Positions 34,497 to 35,350 of a stretch of 35,350 nucleotides of DNA are shown here, in pieces. The first letter of the stretch is position 1. The number at the start of each line of letters is the position of its first letter. Source of the stretch: Patescibacteria group bacterium (GTDB taxonomy: Bacteria; Patescibacteriota; Minisyncoccia; UBA10092); the NCBI GenBank assembly GCA_018826255.1, contig JAHJZO010000023.1, positions 1 through 35,350 on the forward strand, given 5' to 3'. The notes under the pieces are model-generated. The model ran no database searches and was not told the DNA's origin. It saw only the letters and a list, made by a program, of their open reading frames with translations. The position numbers were made by a program, and so were the translations under genes.

Positions 34497-35350
34497 AGAA
34501 CTTCTTTTAACGGCTTTACTGGCAAGCGCTTTAACTGCCATTATCGTCAGTTTTATTTTAGGAGCGATATCCATTGATCTTTTTATTTTTGATTTCTTTC
34601 AGAAAACTCCATCCGCTACAAGTACGTCCCAAGGTTTAAATTTAAAACCGTCAGTTGAGATTTACAAACCCCTGGATTATGAAGATAAAGTTATTAGCGC
34701 CGTTAAATCCGCTTCGCCGGCGGTGGTGGCTATAACGATTTCAAAAAATGTTCCGATTATTGAACAATGCCCTTATAATCCCTTTTCCGATTTGCCGCCG
34801 GAATTCCAACAATTTTTCGGGCAAAATTTTCAATTCTATCAGCCCTGCCAAAAAGGAACTAAGCTTCAAGAGGTTGGAGGCAGCAGCGGCTTTGTAATAT
34901 CAAGCGATGGCCTAATTTTAACCAATAAACACGTAGTTTCCGATACCGCAGCCGAATATACGGTCTTTACAAATGACGGGAAAAAATATCCGGCAAAAGT
35001 TTTAGCCCGCGATCCCAATATTGATATTGCCGTGATGAAAATTGATGCCATAAATTTGCCCAAAGTCAAACTTGGCAATTCCGACTCAATTCAAGTTGGC
35101 CAAGCCGCCATAGCCATAGGTAACGCCCTTGGCGAATTTAGGAATACTGTCAGCGTTGGCATTGTCTCTGGGCTTTCCCGCAATATAACCGCATCGGGAG
35201 GTGGCATAAGCGAGTCGATAACCGGGGTAATCCAAACTGACGCGTCGATAAATCCCGGCAATTCCGGAGGACCGCTCTTAAATCTACGAGGCGAAGTCAT
35301 TGGTGTTAACACGGCAATGGTGCAAGGCGCTCAAAATATCGGCTTTTCCA
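34477..35350 (+). CDS. htrA: HtrA/DegP-family serine protease, N-terminal part (runs off the window end)
   Basis: My own translation gives MKNYSFRELLLTALLASAL.. (TM), GSGFVISSDGLILTNKHVV, DIAVMKI and TDASINPGNSGGPLLN. The 20-nt overlap with nifS explains its absence from the ORF track, where the frame stays open to the end. Confidence 0.85.
   Translation, partial: MKNYSFRELLLTALLASALTAIIVSFILGAISIDLFIFDFFQKTPSATSTSQGLNLKPSVEIYKPLDYEDKVISAVKSASPAVVAITISKNVPIIEQCPYNPFSDLPPEFQQFFGQNFQFYQPCQKGTKLQEVGGSSGFVISSDGLILTNKHVVSDTAAEYTVFTNDGKKYPAKVLARDPNIDIAVMKIDAINLPKVKLGNSDSIQVGQAAIAIGNALGEFRNTVSVGIVSGLSRNITASGGGISESITGVIQTDASINPGNSGGPLLNLRGEVIGVNTAMVQGAQNIGFS

Noticed and set aside
1-35350. CRISPR arrays, IS elements or transposases, integrases, prophage genes, toxin-antitoxin pairs, rRNA genes, and alternative genetic code 25 (TGA = Gly).
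   Set aside because: No spaced direct-repeat array is visible. No ORF has transposase, integrase or recombinase motifs. No long terminal inverted repeats were seen. TGA terminates conserved genes (rpsP at 3738-3740, rsmH at 8854-8856) and never interrupts conserved proteins, so the standard bacterial code applies.

Overview
This is a densely packed, low-GC bacterial window. It reads in the standard code: TGA acts as a stop (for example in rpsP and rsmH) and never interrupts a conserved protein. The content is almost entirely housekeeping genes:
- secG
- groES-groEL-rpsP-KH-trmD
- rplJ-rplL
- a shortened dcw cluster (mraZ-rsmH-ftsL-like-ftsI-ddl, with murF convergent)
- rplU
- recR-dnaB
- cysS-corA
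- a CIRCE-controlled hrcA-grpE-dnaK-dnaJ operon
- ftsEX
- four tRNAs: Val-CAC, Glu-CTC, Lys-TTT and Gln-CTG, none with an encoded CCA

The last ~10 kb is more accessory. It holds a PAP2 phosphatase, a CcdA/Trx thiol-redox cluster, SIMPL, DUF192, an rmuC + DEDDy exonuclease + Cas4-like nuclease operon, an isolated pyrC-like/pyrD-like pair, nifS and htrA.

Several traits suggest a streamlined genome, possibly Candidate Phyla Radiation/Patescibacteria. That placement is inference only. The traits are:
- Stop/start overlaps are frequent.
- tRNAs abut coding sequences.
- HrcA and DnaJ are truncated.
- rimM and rplS are missing from the rpsP operon.

I saw no rRNA, CRISPR array, transposase, integrase or prophage signature, and no convincing complete novel system. 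The best leads are:
- the three-nuclease operon (28.6-31.0 kb)
- the orphan DHOase-like/DHODH-like pair (31.1-33.2 kb)
- the CcdA / Cys-tailed helical protein / VKOR-type Trx cluster (25.6-27.3 kb)
- a pair of perfect DnaA-box 9-mers interleaved with MraZ-type GTGGG repeats upstream of mraZ
- a ~100-nt compound structured RNA upstream of rplJ

All protein calls rest on by-eye motif recognition. No database search was possible.
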